Of a stretch of 64,000 nucleotides of DNA, positions 1 to 11,455 are shown piece by piece; position 1 is the first letter of the stretch, and each line of letters opens with the position of its first letter. Under the pieces are notes generated by a model. It worked only from the letters and a program-made list of their open reading frames with translations. It ran no database searches and was not told where the DNA came from. A program made the translations under genes and the position numbers. The DNA comes from Bacillus subtilis subsp. subtilis str. 168 (GTDB taxonomy: Bacteria; Bacillota; Bacilli; Bacillales; Bacillaceae): NCBI RefSeq assembly GCF_000009045.1, contig NC_000964.3, positions 2,604,001-2,668,000 of the forward strand. Direction: 5' to 3'.

Positions 1-16
1 AAACCTAAAATTAATC

Positions 17-63
17 ATTTTATCACAATTTTTTATTATAATACAAACTTCACAAAGATGCTA
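17..63 (-). promoter_or_regulatory. Tandem sigmaA-like promoters firing leftwards out of the window (expected sigA operon promoters)
   Basis: On the - strand: TAGCAT(63-58)-17 bp-TATAAT(40-35), plus a second extended -10 TGaTAAAAT (25-17). Assignment to the yqxD-dnaG-sigA operon comes from remembered gene order. Confidence 0.5.
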
Positions 64-94
64 TTGTTTTTCATTATTCCCTTTTGGCACAGCC

Positions 95-120
95 AAAAAC
101 CCAGGATAGAGCGTCCTGAG
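95..120 (-). terminator. Intrinsic terminator after yqfL
   Basis: - strand CTCAGGA-cgctcta-TCCTGGG followed by TTTTT, directly after the yqfL stop. Confidence 0.6.
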
Positions 121-933
121 TTATATGTTTTTTGTTTTGAGATGATGGATAATATTTGCTGTTTCCTCAACCGCTTTATTTGAAACATCAACAACCTGGC
201 AGCCGATCCGATCCACAATCTTTTCGAAATACTCGAGTTCCTCTTTGATTCTGTTGATATTTGCATAAATCGCTTTATCATTAAGCCCGAGTGATTTTAA
301 ACGTTCTTTTCTGATATGATTCAGTTTATCAGGGCTAATCTTTAAACCGATGCATTTTTTCGGATCAACGTTAAAGAGTTCTTCCGGCGGATCAACCTCC
401 GGTACAATCGGAACATTGGCAACCTTCAGGCGTTTGTGTGCGAGATATTGAGACAGCGGTGTTTTAGACGTTCTTGACACGCCGATCAAAACGATATCAG
501 CTTTTAAAATCCCTCTTGGATCACGTCCATCATCGTATTTAACTGCAAACTCGATGGCCTCCACTTTTTTGAAATAATCTTCATCAAGCTGGCGCACCCG
601 CCCCGGTTCGTATTTCGCTGTTAAACCGTAGGCTGTTTCCATTTTATCAATCAACGGGCCGATAATATCATAATATAAAACATTTGCTTTTTCCGCTTCG
701 GCTATCAAATATTCTCTGATTTCCGGCACCACGAGTGTAAAACAGATAATGCCGCCGTCTGCCTTTGCAAGTGAAATCACTTCATTGATAGTGCCTATAT
801 CTTCAACATAAGGAATTCTTCTTACATGAGTATCATCCGCCGATCCGTTAAATTGGCTGAGTGCTGCTTTTACTACCAATTCAGCCGTTTCACCGACGGA
901 ATCCGATACAACATAGATGATGCGGTTATTCAT
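121..933 (-). CDS. yqfL: PEP synthase/pyruvate-phosphate-dikinase regulatory protein family kinase/pyrophosphorylase
   Basis: 270 aa; [11 protein letters not shown]-terminus and [10 protein letters not shown]-loop typical of the PpsR/DUF299 family; follows ccpN. Confidence 0.93.
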   Translation of the reverse strand: MNNRIIYVVSDSVGETAELVVKAALSQFNGSADDTHVRRIPYVEDIGTINEVISLAKADGGIICFTLVVPEIREYLIAEAEKANVLYYDIIGPLIDKMETAYGLTAKYEPGRVRQLDEDYFKKVEAIEFAVKYDDGRDPRGILKADIVLIGVSRTSKTPLSQYLAHKRLKVANVPIVPEVDPPEELFNVDPKKCIGLKISPDKLNHIRKERLKSLGLNDKAIYANINRIKEELEYFEKIVDRIGCQVVDVSNKAVEETANIIHHLKTKNI

Positions 934-958
934 ATTATCCCCCCGTTAGTTTGCAATC

Positions 959-1600
959 TTATAGGATTTCATTTTCAGATAAACTGACAAGTATTTTGGT
1001 CATATTTGTTTTTGTCACTCTGCCGATCACTTCAAAGCCTTTATCGGTGTCTTTGATGACAGGCAGTGCATCAATTTGTTTTTCTATTAAGTGCTTTGCA
1101 ATGTCCATCACATAATCCTCGCGTCTGCACACCGTAATGTTCGGCATCCTTGTCATGATGATGTGAACAGGGACCGATGTAAGCTCCTGCTGGCCAATGC
1201 TCGCTCTGAGCAAGTCTTTTCGTGAAAGCACCCCGACTAAAACAGCATCGCGGTCCACCACAAACAGAGTACCTACATCTTCTAAAAACATGGTGCAAAT
1301 CGCATCGTACACAGAAACGTTTTCGTGAATCACTACGGGGATAGATTGAAAGTCTTTCACCTGAAGCTTTTTGAGTTTATCCGCCAAAAGCTGTGTGCCG
1401 GTTTTTCCCGTATAGAAATAACCGACTCTCGGGCGCGCCTCGAGGAATCCTGACATGGTGAGTATGGCTAAATCCGGGCGCAATGTCGCCCTGGTTAGGT
1501 TCAGCTTTTCTGCAATATGCTCCCCTGTAATCGGCCCGTTTTCTTTTACAATCTGCAAAATATGTTCTTGCCGTTTATTTAGTTCGATCGTACTCACCAC
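959..1600 (-). CDS. ccpN: CcpN, HTH + CBS-domain repressor of gluconeogenic genes
   Basis: 213 aa; N-terminal HTH (GPITGEHIAEKLNLTRATLRPDL) followed by a CBS pair. Confidence 0.95.
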   Translation of the reverse strand: MVSTIELNKRQEHILQIVKENGPITGEHIAEKLNLTRATLRPDLAILTMSGFLEARPRVGYFYTGKTGTQLLADKLKKLQVKDFQSIPVVIHENVSVYDAICTMFLEDVGTLFVVDRDAVLVGVLSRKDLLRASIGQQELTSVPVHIIMTRMPNITVCRREDYVMDIAKHLIEKQIDALPVIKDTDKGFEVIGRVTKTNMTKILVSLSENEIL

Positions 1601-1687
1601 CTTTTCACTTCATAGCTATGTAAAGAAATAACAATCCATATTATAACGTAAATATCTTGTAATCAAACAAAAAACTTATAAATGGGG

Positions 1688-1723
1688 AAAAGACGATTAC
1701 CGATCACACAGCAACCGCCTTTT
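1688..1723 (-). terminator. Terminator-like hairpin after glyS (G.U-rich stem)
   Basis: - strand AAAAGGCGGTTGCTG-tgtgat-CGGTAATCGTCTTTT; 15-bp stem that needs four G.U pairs, so it folds only on the - strand RNA. Confidence 0.65.
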
Positions 1724-1729
1724 CTCTCT

Positions 1730-3769
1730 TTATTTTACAATAAGGGCATTCATATTCGCAAAGGACTTGATCTCATCCGCCAAGCTTACCATTTGCGCTA
1801 AACGATTTGCCTTTAATGACTCATTATCCGCTATAACCATTGTATGATCGAAGTAAGCATCGATCGGTTCTTTTAAGGCTGCAAGTGAAGCAAGCGCCGC
1901 CTCATAATCTTTTTTGCTGAAGTTTTCCTGCAGATTTTGCTTCGCTGTTTGGTAGGCATCAAACAGTTTTGCTTCGTATTCATTTTCAAACAGATCAGGC
2001 TGAATGTCTCCGCGGACTCCTTTTTTGCTGATAGAGATCACTCGGCCTAACGCTTCGGCTGTTTCCTTAAAGCCAGGTGCACCAAGCTTTTGCTCCAGTA
2101 CTTGTGCTTTATGCAGCGCAGAGTACGGCTCAAGCTCAGAGCTTTCCAGCACGGCGTCAATGACATCATGTCTGATTTGTTCAGCATTCAAGACATATTT
2201 CAAGCGCTGAGTGAAGAAATCCAGCAGTTCATTTTCTTTATCGGTTTGAACGAAAGTAAGCAGCTCTTCAAATGAAATTCCCCAGTTGCGGTCAAGAAGA
2301 ATCGCAACAATACCGCTTGCTTGGCGGCGCAGTCCGTAAGGGTCCTGGGAACCGGTCGGAATTACGCCGATAGAGAAGAATGAAGCGATTGTGTCAAGCT
2401 TATCCGCCATTGCTACAACAGCTCCGGTGAAAGTAGAAGGCGTTTCTCCGCCCGCTGATCTAGGCATATAATGTTCATTAACTGCCGCAGCCACAGCTTC
2501 ATCTTCGCCAAGCATTCTCGCATACTTTTCGCCCATAATTCCTTGAAGTTCAGGGAATTCATATATCATATGCGTCACAAGGTCGAATTTAGAAATTTCA
2601 GCAGCCCGCTTCACATGTTTTAATGTATCTTCATCAGCCTGAAGACGAACGGCAAGTTTCTCTGCGATTGATGTGACTCTCCTAACCTTATCAGCAAGAG
2701 AACCAAGCTCTTCATGGAAAACGATATTTTCAAGCTTCTTCACATTTGCATCAATGTTTAGTTTCTGATCTTCTTTGTAGAAGAATGAAGCATCAGATAA
2801 ACGTGCGCGCAGCACTTTTTCATTGCCTCGGGCCACATTTTCAATCGCGTGGCTGTTGCCGTTTCGGACTGTGATAAAGTGAGGCAGCAGGTCACCGTTT
2901 TTGTCTTTGACAGGGAAGTAGCGCTGATGCTCTTTCATTGTCGTGACAAGCACTTCTTCAGGAATTGACAGAAACTCGGATTCAAATGAACCGTAAAGAG
3001 CTGTCGGGTATTCTACTAAATGATTCACTTCATCAAGAAGGTCTTCGTCAACTGGAATGCTCCAATTGTTTTCAGCAGCCATTGTTTCCAGCTGAGATTG
3101 AATCATTTGCTTTCGGACGCTAGGATCAGCAATAACATGCTGTCCTTTGAGCTGCTCTTCATAAGCTGAAGGTGATTCAATTGACACTTCATGTCCGAGG
3201 AAACGGTGTCCCTGTGTTGTCCGTCCAGACTCAACGTTTGTGATCGAAAATGGAATGACATCCTGTCCAAATAATGCGACAATCCATTTGATCGGTCGGA
3301 TATAACGCAAATCTTCATTTCCCCAGCGCATGTTTTTCGGGAAATGCAAGCTTGTAATTAAACCGCTCAATTCTGGCAGAAGCGACTTCGTTTCTTGGCC
3401 GGCTTGGAATTTTTGCACGAATACATACTCTATGCCTTTTACTTCTTTGATGTACAGGTCTTCCACATTTGCGCCTTGGCCTTTTGAAAAGCCGATTGCC
3501 GCTTTTGTCCAGTTCCCGTCCGCATCAAGGGCAATTTTTTTCGCAGGCCCTTTTGCTTCTTCTTTTATATCATCCTGCTTTTCTGCGACATCCTTAACGA
3601 ACACAGCAAGACGTCTCGGTGTATTGAAGAGTTTCACTTCACCGTGAGTAATATTTTTTTCTTTAAGCCAGCCTGTCAGCTTGTCGCCAAGCTGAACCAT
3701 GCTTTCATTCAAAAAGCGCGCCGGCATTTCCTCTAATCCGATCTCTAAAAGTAAATCCTGTTTACTCAT
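1730..3769 (-). CDS. glyS: Glycyl-tRNA synthetase beta subunit
   Basis: 679 aa; [12 protein letters not shown] start, [21 protein letters not shown] motifs. Confidence 0.97.
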   Translation of the reverse strand: MSKQDLLLEIGLEEMPARFLNESMVQLGDKLTGWLKEKNITHGEVKLFNTPRRLAVFVKDVAEKQDDIKEEAKGPAKKIALDADGNWTKAAIGFSKGQGANVEDLYIKEVKGIEYVFVQKFQAGQETKSLLPELSGLITSLHFPKNMRWGNEDLRYIRPIKWIVALFGQDVIPFSITNVESGRTTQGHRFLGHEVSIESPSAYEEQLKGQHVIADPSVRKQMIQSQLETMAAENNWSIPVDEDLLDEVNHLVEYPTALYGSFESEFLSIPEEVLVTTMKEHQRYFPVKDKNGDLLPHFITVRNGNSHAIENVARGNEKVLRARLSDASFFYKEDQKLNIDANVKKLENIVFHEELGSLADKVRRVTSIAEKLAVRLQADEDTLKHVKRAAEISKFDLVTHMIYEFPELQGIMGEKYARMLGEDEAVAAAVNEHYMPRSAGGETPSTFTGAVVAMADKLDTIASFFSIGVIPTGSQDPYGLRRQASGIVAILLDRNWGISFEELLTFVQTDKENELLDFFTQRLKYVLNAEQIRHDVIDAVLESSELEPYSALHKAQVLEQKLGAPGFKETAEALGRVISISKKGVRGDIQPDLFENEYEAKLFDAYQTAKQNLQENFSKKDYEAALASLAALKEPIDAYFDHTMVIADNESLKANRLAQMVSLADEIKSFANMNALIVK

Positions 3770-4649
3770 GAGAAGAACCCTCCCCTTTAAGCATTGGGAA
3801 CCCTAGTTTTTCTCGTTCCTCATAGTAGGTTTTTGCTACTTTTCTAGCTAAATTCCGCACTCTTGCGATATAGCCCGTCCGCTCGGTAACAGAGATCGCA
3901 CCTTTGGCATCAAGCAGGTTGAAAGTGTGCGAGCATTTCAGCACATAGTCATATGCTGGATGAACAAGTCCGTTGTCCATTTGCTTGATCGCTTCTTTTT
4001 CATATGTGCTGAACAATTGGAACAGCATATCGACGTCTGATGTTTCAAACGTATAAACAGAATGCTCATATTCAGCCATCATGAATAAATCTTTTACTGT
4101 AAACCCTGACGTCCATTCCAAGTCAAACACGTTTTCTTTATCCTGGATATAAGACGCGAGACGCTCAATTCCATACGTAATCTCTACAGAAACGGGTTTA
4201 CACTCTAATCCCCCGACCTGCTGGAAATACGTAAATTGTGTTATTTCCATTCCGTCAAGCCAAACTTCCCAGCCTAGACCCGCGCAGCCTAAAGACGGAT
4301 TCTCCCAGTTGTCTTCAACAAAGCGAATATCGTGCTCAAGCGGATCAATTCCAAGAGCACGCAAGGAATCCAAATACAGCTCTTGAATGTTATCAGGTGA
4401 CGGTTTAATAATGACCTGGAACTGATGATGCTGATACAGTCTGTTCGGGTTCTCCCCGTAGCGGCCGTCTGCCGGACGTCTGGAAGGCTCTACATAAGCC
4501 ACTTTCCACGGCTCAGGACCGATACTGCGCAAAAATGTATACGGGCTCATCGTGCCGGCTCCTTTTTCTACATCGTAAGCCTGCATAAGCACACAGCCCT
4601 GACTGGACCAATGCTTTTGCAAGGTTAGAATCATGTCTTGAATATTCAT
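3762..4649 (-). CDS. glyQ: Glycyl-tRNA synthetase alpha subunit
   Basis: Start moved to ATG 4649 (MNIQDMIL) with SD GGAGGTG at 4662-4656; [18 protein letters not shown] and EITYGIER motifs; overlaps the glyS start by 8 nt. Confidence 0.97.
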   Translation of the reverse strand: MNIQDMILTLQKHWSSQGCVLMQAYDVEKGAGTMSPYTFLRSIGPEPWKVAYVEPSRRPADGRYGENPNRLYQHHQFQVIIKPSPDNIQELYLDSLRALGIDPLEHDIRFVEDNWENPSLGCAGLGWEVWLDGMEITQFTYFQQVGGLECKPVSVEITYGIERLASYIQDKENVFDLEWTSGFTVKDLFMMAEYEHSVYTFETSDVDMLFQLFSTYEKEAIKQMDNGLVHPAYDYVLKCSHTFNLLDAKGAISVTERTGYIARVRNLARKVAKTYYEEREKLGFPMLKGEGSSHE

Positions 4650-4696
4650 TTCAAGCACCTCCACTTTTCTTTCATAAGTTGACTGCGGCAGCAACC

Positions 4697-4914
4697 AAAA
4701 AACTCCCGTCTCTATGCTTGCCAGCCGCAAACATAGGGACGAGAGTTCTCCCGCGGTTCCACCCTAGTTGCTGAGAACAAAATCCCAGCCTCTTTTTTAA
4801 AATTGCTCAAGAATGCCTTTCGTTGCGTGCTCATCCTTAGCTTACACCGCCCTAAGGTCGCTTTCATGAGGTAAACGCAAGTACTTCTTTCTCTCACTGC
4901 AACATATTTTATAA
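4697..4914 (-). ncRNA. glyQS T-box riboswitch leader (Gly specifier GGC)
   Basis: T-box AACTAGGGTGGAACCGCGG at 4769-4751; specifier GGC at 4817-4815 in cacgcaacgaaaGGCattc; terminator CTCGTCCCTATG...CATAGAGACGGGAG-TTTTTT at 4743-4697. Confidence 0.95.
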
Positions 4915-4920
4915 TAAATG

Positions 4921-4949
4921 ATCATATAAAAAGATGGACCAAATGTCAA
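4921..4949 (-). promoter_or_regulatory. sigmaA promoter of glyQS
   Basis: TTGACA(4949-4944)-17 bp-TATGAT(4926-4921); the -35 contains the recO TGA stop. Confidence 0.85.
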
Positions 4950-5713
4950 CTTTTGTTTTCACCCATAAGATGTTTCATGCTTTCCATTTGATCTAAAAAG
5001 CGCTTTGATTTTAAATACAATCCCGAATATTCTTCGTAATATAAATCAATCACTTGCTTTAATTCAGCTTTTGTTTCCTCTTTTAAGGACACATTGCCGA
5101 GTCTCGACAGATCAAAATAGTAAAAGAGCCTTAACAGCCTTGCCGTTTGCGGTTTAATCGGTATCCTGTAAGGATCTTTTTCAAAACAGCGGTGGCATAT
5201 AAAACCATTATCACGAACAGAGAAATGAAAGGTTCCGTCTTGGCTTTTACAATGTACACAATGATTCAGCTCAGGATACAGGCCCATGACACCGAGCATC
5301 TTCATTTGAACAATGAAGGTGATAACATCCGGATCTGTTCCTTCATTCAACTGTTTTAATGATTCTAATATGAATTCAAATAAATAAGGATTTGGCTTTT
5401 TTTCTTCTGTGCCTCTGTCGACTAACTCAGCAACATAGGCAGCATATGCTGTTAAAAACAAGTCTTCCCTGATGCCTCTCATGCTGAGGATCATTTCCCC
5501 CTGCTGAAGCGTTCCGAGGCCCGATGTTTTTTGCATTAAGAAAGAACCATACAAAAAGGGCTGGCTGACTGCTGATAAACGGCTGTTCGGTTTTTTGGCG
5601 CCTCGTGCCATAACACCTATTTTTCCGTGTTCTCTTGTCAGTAATGTTACGATTTTATTCGTCTCTCCGTAATCATTTGTGCGAAGAACGATCCCTTCAC
5701 ATTTTGTCAGCAT
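4946..5713 (-). CDS. recO: DNA repair protein RecO
   Basis: 255 aa; [27 protein letters not shown] and CVHC...CHRC zinc motif. Confidence 0.96.
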   Translation of the reverse strand: MLTKCEGIVLRTNDYGETNKIVTLLTREHGKIGVMARGAKKPNSRLSAVSQPFLYGSFLMQKTSGLGTLQQGEMILSMRGIREDLFLTAYAAYVAELVDRGTEEKKPNPYLFEFILESLKQLNEGTDPDVITFIVQMKMLGVMGLYPELNHCVHCKSQDGTFHFSVRDNGFICHRCFEKDPYRIPIKPQTARLLRLFYYFDLSRLGNVSLKEETKAELKQVIDLYYEEYSGLYLKSKRFLDQMESMKHLMGENKS

Positions 5714-5749
5714 TTCCGCACCTTCCTCAAGCAGGAGCGGCCAAGAGGT

Positions 5750-5893
5750 TTATAAAATTGGATAATCAAATCGGGCTAGCTCATCTTCTAGTTCTTCGGG
5801 TCTTTCCATGTTCTCTTTTTCCAGTTCTTTAAAAAGAAGATACGTATCAACATTTCCTGTTTGAGAAAATACGTTCCAGGTAAAATTCAACAC
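5750..5893 (-). CDS. yqzL: YqzL-like small protein (47 aa)
   Basis: Read by hand: GTG TTG AAT TTT ACC TGG... = MLNFTWNVFSQTGNVDTYLLFKELEKENMERPEELEDELARFDYPIL*; SD AGAAAGGTGG upstream; below the ORF-track cutoff. Confidence 0.8.
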   Translation of the reverse strand: MLNFTWNVFSQTGNVDTYLLFKELEKENMERPEELEDELARFDYPIL

Positions 5894-6040
5894 AAGAAAC
5901 CCACCTTTCTGTAGTTAAACTAGCTTACCTAAACTCCAAATTCTTACCTTTATCTTGACCAGATGTCCTCCATTTCATGTTAAACAAAATTTGCTAATGT
6001 ATCCCTGTTCCTGTGAGATAATGACACACACGGGAAGAGA

Positions 6041-7352
<1,312 letters not shown>

Positions 7353-7382
7353 TTACCTATAATGGTACCGCTATCACTTTAT

Positions 7383-7411
7383 ATTTTACATAATCGCGCG
7401 CTTTTTTTCAC
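7383..7411 (-). promoter_or_regulatory. sigmaA-like promoter upstream of cdd-era
   Basis: GTGAAA(7411-7406)-17 bp-TAAAAT(7388-7383). Confidence 0.5.
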
Positions 7412-7455
7412 GCCCATTTCTAAAAATGTAAAATAAATGTAAGAATTTTCAGCCA

Positions 7456-7827
7456 TTACAGCTTTGGCAAAAAAATAAGTAAACCAATGATACACGAAAT
7501 CACGGCAAAAACGCAAACAGCCCCGGCGGCAGCGTCCTTGGCCGCTTTAGCAAGAGGGTGATGTTTGTCAGTTATTAAATCAACCGTATGTTCAATGGCT
7601 GTATTTAAAAGTTCAAGCGAAAACATACCACCTATCAAAAGGAATATAATCATCCACTCAATAATGCTGAGCTCTACAAGGAAGCCGCAAATGAGAACAG
7701 CGCAGGCGGCTGCGGCATGAAATTGGAAATTCCGCTCCGTCCGCGCTGTTTCCCATATGCCCCGGCCTGCATGCACGAAGCTTTTGAAGAATCGATTCAG
7801 CTCATTTCTATGATCTTTTGAGTCCAT
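7456..7827 (-). CDS. dgkA: Undecaprenol kinase (DgkA family)
   Basis: 123 aa; ELLNTAIE and AKAAKDAAAGAV motifs, three hydrophobic segments. Confidence 0.93.
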   Translation of the reverse strand: MDSKDHRNELNRFFKSFVHAGRGIWETARTERNFQFHAAAACAVLICGFLVELSIIEWMIIFLLIGGMFSLELLNTAIEHTVDLITDKHHPLAKAAKDAAAGAVCVFAVISCIIGLLIFLPKL

Positions 7828-8281
7828 AAGCGTCCAGCAATTCCTTTTGCTTAGTAAACATCTCCTCTTCTTCCTCTTTCGTCATATGGTCATATCCTAA
7901 AAGGTGCAGAAATCCGTGTACAGCTAGAAATCCGAGCTCTCTTTTAAAAGAATGATTATACTCCTCTGCCTGCTCTCTTGTGCGATCGGCACTGATGATA
8001 ATATCACCTAAAACCGGAGGCATTTCGGCGCCCACGATTTCGATCTCGCCTTCTCCCTCTTCTTCAAGAGCAAATGAGATGACATCTGTCGGAGCATCCT
8101 TTCCCCGGTATTCTTTGTTAATCTGATGTATGTCATCATTGGAAACAATCGTGACAGAAACTTCAGCCTGATCCTGAACGCCTTCACGCTCAGCGGCAAA
8201 TTGAAGCAGATTTTCTACTTCTTTGAGCATCTCTTCTGAGACGCTTCCCGTTTCATCAACGATATCAATCAGTAAACTCAT
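7808..8281 (-). CDS. ybeY: rRNA maturation endoribonuclease YbeY (yqfG)
   Basis: 157 aa; NKEYRGKDAPTDVISF and HGFLHLLGYDH. Confidence 0.96.
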   Translation of the reverse strand: MSLLIDIVDETGSVSEEMLKEVENLLQFAAEREGVQDQAEVSVTIVSNDDIHQINKEYRGKDAPTDVISFALEEEGEGEIEIVGAEMPPVLGDIIISADRTREQAEEYNHSFKRELGFLAVHGFLHLLGYDHMTKEEEEEMFTKQKELLDAYGLKRS

Positions 8282-10417
8282 CTATTTCACCTTCTTAGTA
8301 GCCTCCGGATATTCAATCCGGGAGTGGAAAATTCCTTTTAATGTTGCACAGAGCGTTTTTGCGATTGTATCCAGCTCTTTAAATGTCAAATCGCATTCAC
8401 TGAACTGTCCGTCCTGAAGCTTATCGGATATAATACCCCGGACAAGCTTTTCAATTCGTTCAGGATTTGGATTGTGCATGGATCTGACGGCCGCTTCAAC
8501 ACTGTCGGCCACTGATATAATTGCGGCTTCCTTTGACTGCGGCTTCGGTCCCGGATAACGGAACTCTTCCTCTGTAATCTGGTCGCCTTTTTCCTTCGCT
8601 TTATAGTAAAAAAACTTTAAAAGCGAGGTTCCATGATGCTGCTCAGCAATATCGACAAGCTCTTTCGGAAATTTATAGCTTCTCAGCATATTCGCACCGT
8701 CTGTCGTATGCGAGATAATAATATTTTTGCTCAACTGAGGTGACAGCTTGTCATGCGGATTGTCAATATTCATTTGGTTTTCAATAAAATATTGCGGGCG
8801 CTTTGTTTTTCCGAGATCGTGATAATATGCGCCGACTCTTGCAAGCAAACCATTAGCCCCAACCGCTTCACAGGCTGCCTCTGATAAATTGGCAACCATT
8901 ACACTGTGATGATATGTACCTGGTGTTTCCGTCAGTATTTTGCGCAATAGCGGATGGTTAGGATTAGACAGCTCGAGCAGCCTCATGGTGGATAAAATGC
9001 CAAAGCCCGTCTCAAAAAACGGCATCAGACCGATGATCAATACAGATGAAGCAAACCCCGACACAACCCCCATGAGCATTAACGTGCCGATTTCAAGACC
9101 CGACAGCGCAGTGTTCTGGATCAATAATAAGGATAGAACGACAACCATATTAATAAACGCCACGAAAAGTCCGGTCTGCAAAATCTTTGATCTTGCATTG
9201 TGTTTTCCTAAAAATAATACACCTGAAATGCCGCTGATCAAATAATAAATCCCTATGACATAATTGAATGTTCCTGTCACACCCTGATTAAACATCATAC
9301 TTCCGCAAATCGCAAGAATGATACTTCCCAAAATGGCAATGCGTTCATTCATCAGCAGTTTGATTAAGATGGCGCCGGCCGCAATGGGGACCAGATAGCC
9401 GATATTATTATACTCCATCTTCTGAAACAAACTGACAACCTCCATGATCACAAGCAAAAGTGTTGTGATTATGGAGAATAACAGAATGGATTGGTTTTTA
9501 AACTTCAGATTTTGTTTCTGTTTTTCAAAATAATATACAAGTGTTGCAATGAAAAGTCCGATCATAATCAATAGCCCGCTGATCGGTTTAAAGAGATTTG
9601 AGTTATTTAATAACCCGGTCAGCTCAAGTTTCCTGTACACTTCCCGATCAATGAGGTCATTTTCTTCCACGAGCACTTGCCCCTGTTTGATTTGAACCTG
9701 CTGGACATTATCTGAGGCTTCCTGCCGTTTTGCCTCTGTTGCTTTCGGATCGAAGACGTAATTCGGAATAATAGCAAAACGCCCGATTTCTGTCGCGGCT
9801 CCCAAGTATTTAGACGGAATAGAATTGCTCTTTAGCTCTTTTTCTACCTTATCCTTTGCATCAGATAGTTTATCCGAAGGGATTTCACTGCTCATGACCG
9901 TATTTACCGCGGTAATGACCGTATCTCTGACAAAAGAAAAGTCTTCACTGTCTGCTTTCAGCAATGTCTTGATGGAATCCTCCGATATAGAATCATTCAC
10001 ATCTGATGTCAATTTGTCCTTTACAGATTTGACCATTGATTTTTCCGATGGTGATTTACTGCCTTCTTCCGATGATTTTTTCACTTCACTAATACTGTCG
10101 AATATTGATGACACAAGGTCAATCCGATTGTCTGTATATTCTTTTTTTAATGTATATTGATCTTCAACCGCGTCCTCAGCGGCTTGCTTTTTTTCCTCTG
10201 TGGCTTTTTGATCTTCTACGGTTGCCGGAGCGTAAATGGTCTTGTCGCTGACTGAAAACAGGTCTAAATCAAGTGTTTCCGGCTTAACATGTACAAAGAG
10301 CAAAGCAAACATAATGGCAGCCAGCAGAAGATACAGCAGTACATGCATGGAGCGGGCATTTTTAAAACTGCTCCATTTTTTTGAGCTGCTTTTGGTCTTA
10401 GCCTTCTTTTTCAACAC
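8282..10417 (-). CDS. pgpH: c-di-AMP phosphodiesterase, 7TM-HD family (yqfF)
   Basis: Start moved to GTG 10417 (SD AGAGGAGG); extracellular domain, seven TM helices, HD domain (GTYHHS, YYHDLGK, EQHHGT, VADSVEA). Confidence 0.92.
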   Translation of the reverse strand: MLKKKAKTKSSSKKWSSFKNARSMHVLLYLLLAAIMFALLFVHVKPETLDLDLFSVSDKTIYAPATVEDQKATEEKKQAAEDAVEDQYTLKKEYTDNRIDLVSSIFDSISEVKKSSEEGSKSPSEKSMVKSVKDKLTSDVNDSISEDSIKTLLKADSEDFSFVRDTVITAVNTVMSSEIPSDKLSDAKDKVEKELKSNSIPSKYLGAATEIGRFAIIPNYVFDPKATEAKRQEASDNVQQVQIKQGQVLVEENDLIDREVYRKLELTGLLNNSNLFKPISGLLIMIGLFIATLVYYFEKQKQNLKFKNQSILLFSIITTLLLVIMEVVSLFQKMEYNNIGYLVPIAAGAILIKLLMNERIAILGSIILAICGSMMFNQGVTGTFNYVIGIYYLISGISGVLFLGKHNARSKILQTGLFVAFINMVVVLSLLLIQNTALSGLEIGTLMLMGVVSGFASSVLIIGLMPFFETGFGILSTMRLLELSNPNHPLLRKILTETPGTYHHSVMVANLSEAACEAVGANGLLARVGAYYHDLGKTKRPQYFIENQMNIDNPHDKLSPQLSKNIIISHTTDGANMLRSYKFPKELVDIAEQHHGTSLLKFFYYKAKEKGDQITEEEFRYPGPKPQSKEAAIISVADSVEAAVRSMHNPNPERIEKLVRGIISDKLQDGQFSECDLTFKELDTIAKTLCATLKGIFHSRIEYPEATKKVK

Positions 10418-10456
10418 AAGAACCTCCTCTTGAAACATCAAGCCCATAAGCAATCA

Positions 10457-10490
10457 TAAAAATGACCCGATAACGCGCGATCGGGTCATT
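10457..10490 (-). terminator. Intrinsic terminator after phoH
   Basis: Perfect 10-bp inverted repeat AATGACCCGA/TCGGGTCATT followed by TTTT on the - strand. Confidence 0.75.
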
Positions 10491-10495
10491 CAGCA

Positions 10496-11455
10496 TTAAT
10501 TTTGCTTATCGTATGCTTCAATAATTTTCGCAACAAGCGGATGTCTGACCACGTCTGTCTGGTCTAGCTCAATCATAGAAATGCCGTCTATTCCTTTCAG
10601 CATCTCCTTCGCTACTGCAAGTCCCGATTTGACGCCTTTCGGCAGATCAATTTGGCTAACGTCACCTGTAATGATCATTTTAGAGCCAAAACCCAGTCTC
10701 GTCAAAAACATTTTCATTTGAGCAGGCGTGGTATTCTGTGCTTCATCAAGTATAACATAAGCATCATCGAGCGTCCGTCCCCTCATATATGCGAGCGGAG
10801 CAATTTCAATGATGCCTCTTTCCATCAGACGTTCTGTATGATCTGCCCCAAGCACATCATGGAGAGCGTCATACAGCGGGCGCAAATAAGGATCTACTTT
10901 TTCTTTTAGGTCACCTGGGAGAAAACCAAGGCTTTCACCGGCTTCCACGGCAGGTCTTGTTAAAATGATTTTTTTGATATGTCCGTTTTTTAAAGCATGG
11001 ACTGCTTTTACGACAGCCAGGTACGTTTTCCCGGTTCCCGCCGGACCAATGCCGAATACAAGGTCATTCCGCTTCATAGCGGCCACGTATTCCCGCTGTC
11101 CCATTGTTTTTACACGGATTGATTTGCCTTTTGCGTTTTTTGTAATTTCTTCTTCATACATGCTTTCAAAGTATTCAAGTTCATTCTTCTTTGCCATTTT
11201 GATGGCGTAAATCACATCACGTTCAGAGATCTCTATCCCCTTGCGAATTAAAGCGAGGAGCGATCCCAGCAGCCTGTCTGCAATCTGAAACGATTCATCA
11301 TCGCCTGAAACATAAATCGTCTCGCCGCGCGTAATGATATTTAAATTCAGATCTTTCTCCATCAATTTCAAAAAAGAATCTTGGTTCCCGAAGAGTGAAA
11401 GCGCCTCGTCCGGGTTTTTCAGTTTTTGATTCATCGCAAGTAAATGTTCTGTCAT
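10496..11455 (-). CDS. phoH: PhoH-family ATPase
   Basis: 319 aa; GPAGTGKT, LTRPAVEAGESLGFLPG, DEAQN. Confidence 0.95.
   Translation of the reverse strand: MTEHLLAMNQKLKNPDEALSLFGNQDSFLKLMEKDLNLNIITRGETIYVSGDDESFQIADRLLGSLLALIRKGIEISERDVIYAIKMAKKNELEYFESMYEEEITKNAKGKSIRVKTMGQREYVAAMKRNDLVFGIGPAGTGKTYLAVVKAVHALKNGHIKKIILTRPAVEAGESLGFLPGDLKEKVDPYLRPLYDALHDVLGADHTERLMERGIIEIAPLAYMRGRTLDDAYVILDEAQNTTPAQMKMFLTRLGFGSKMIITGDVSQIDLPKGVKSGLAVAKEMLKGIDGISMIELDQTDVVRHPLVAKIIEAYDKQN

Noticed and set aside
36-281. 81-aa - strand ORF overlapping the yqfL 3' end
   Set aside because: Out-of-frame overlap with yqfL, runs through the terminator and promoter region, and has no SD.
4650-4897. N-terminal extension of the glyQ ORF to 4730 and the 61-aa ORF 4712..4897
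   Set aside because: Both lie in the T-box leader. The SD is at 4662-4656, which supports ATG 4649.
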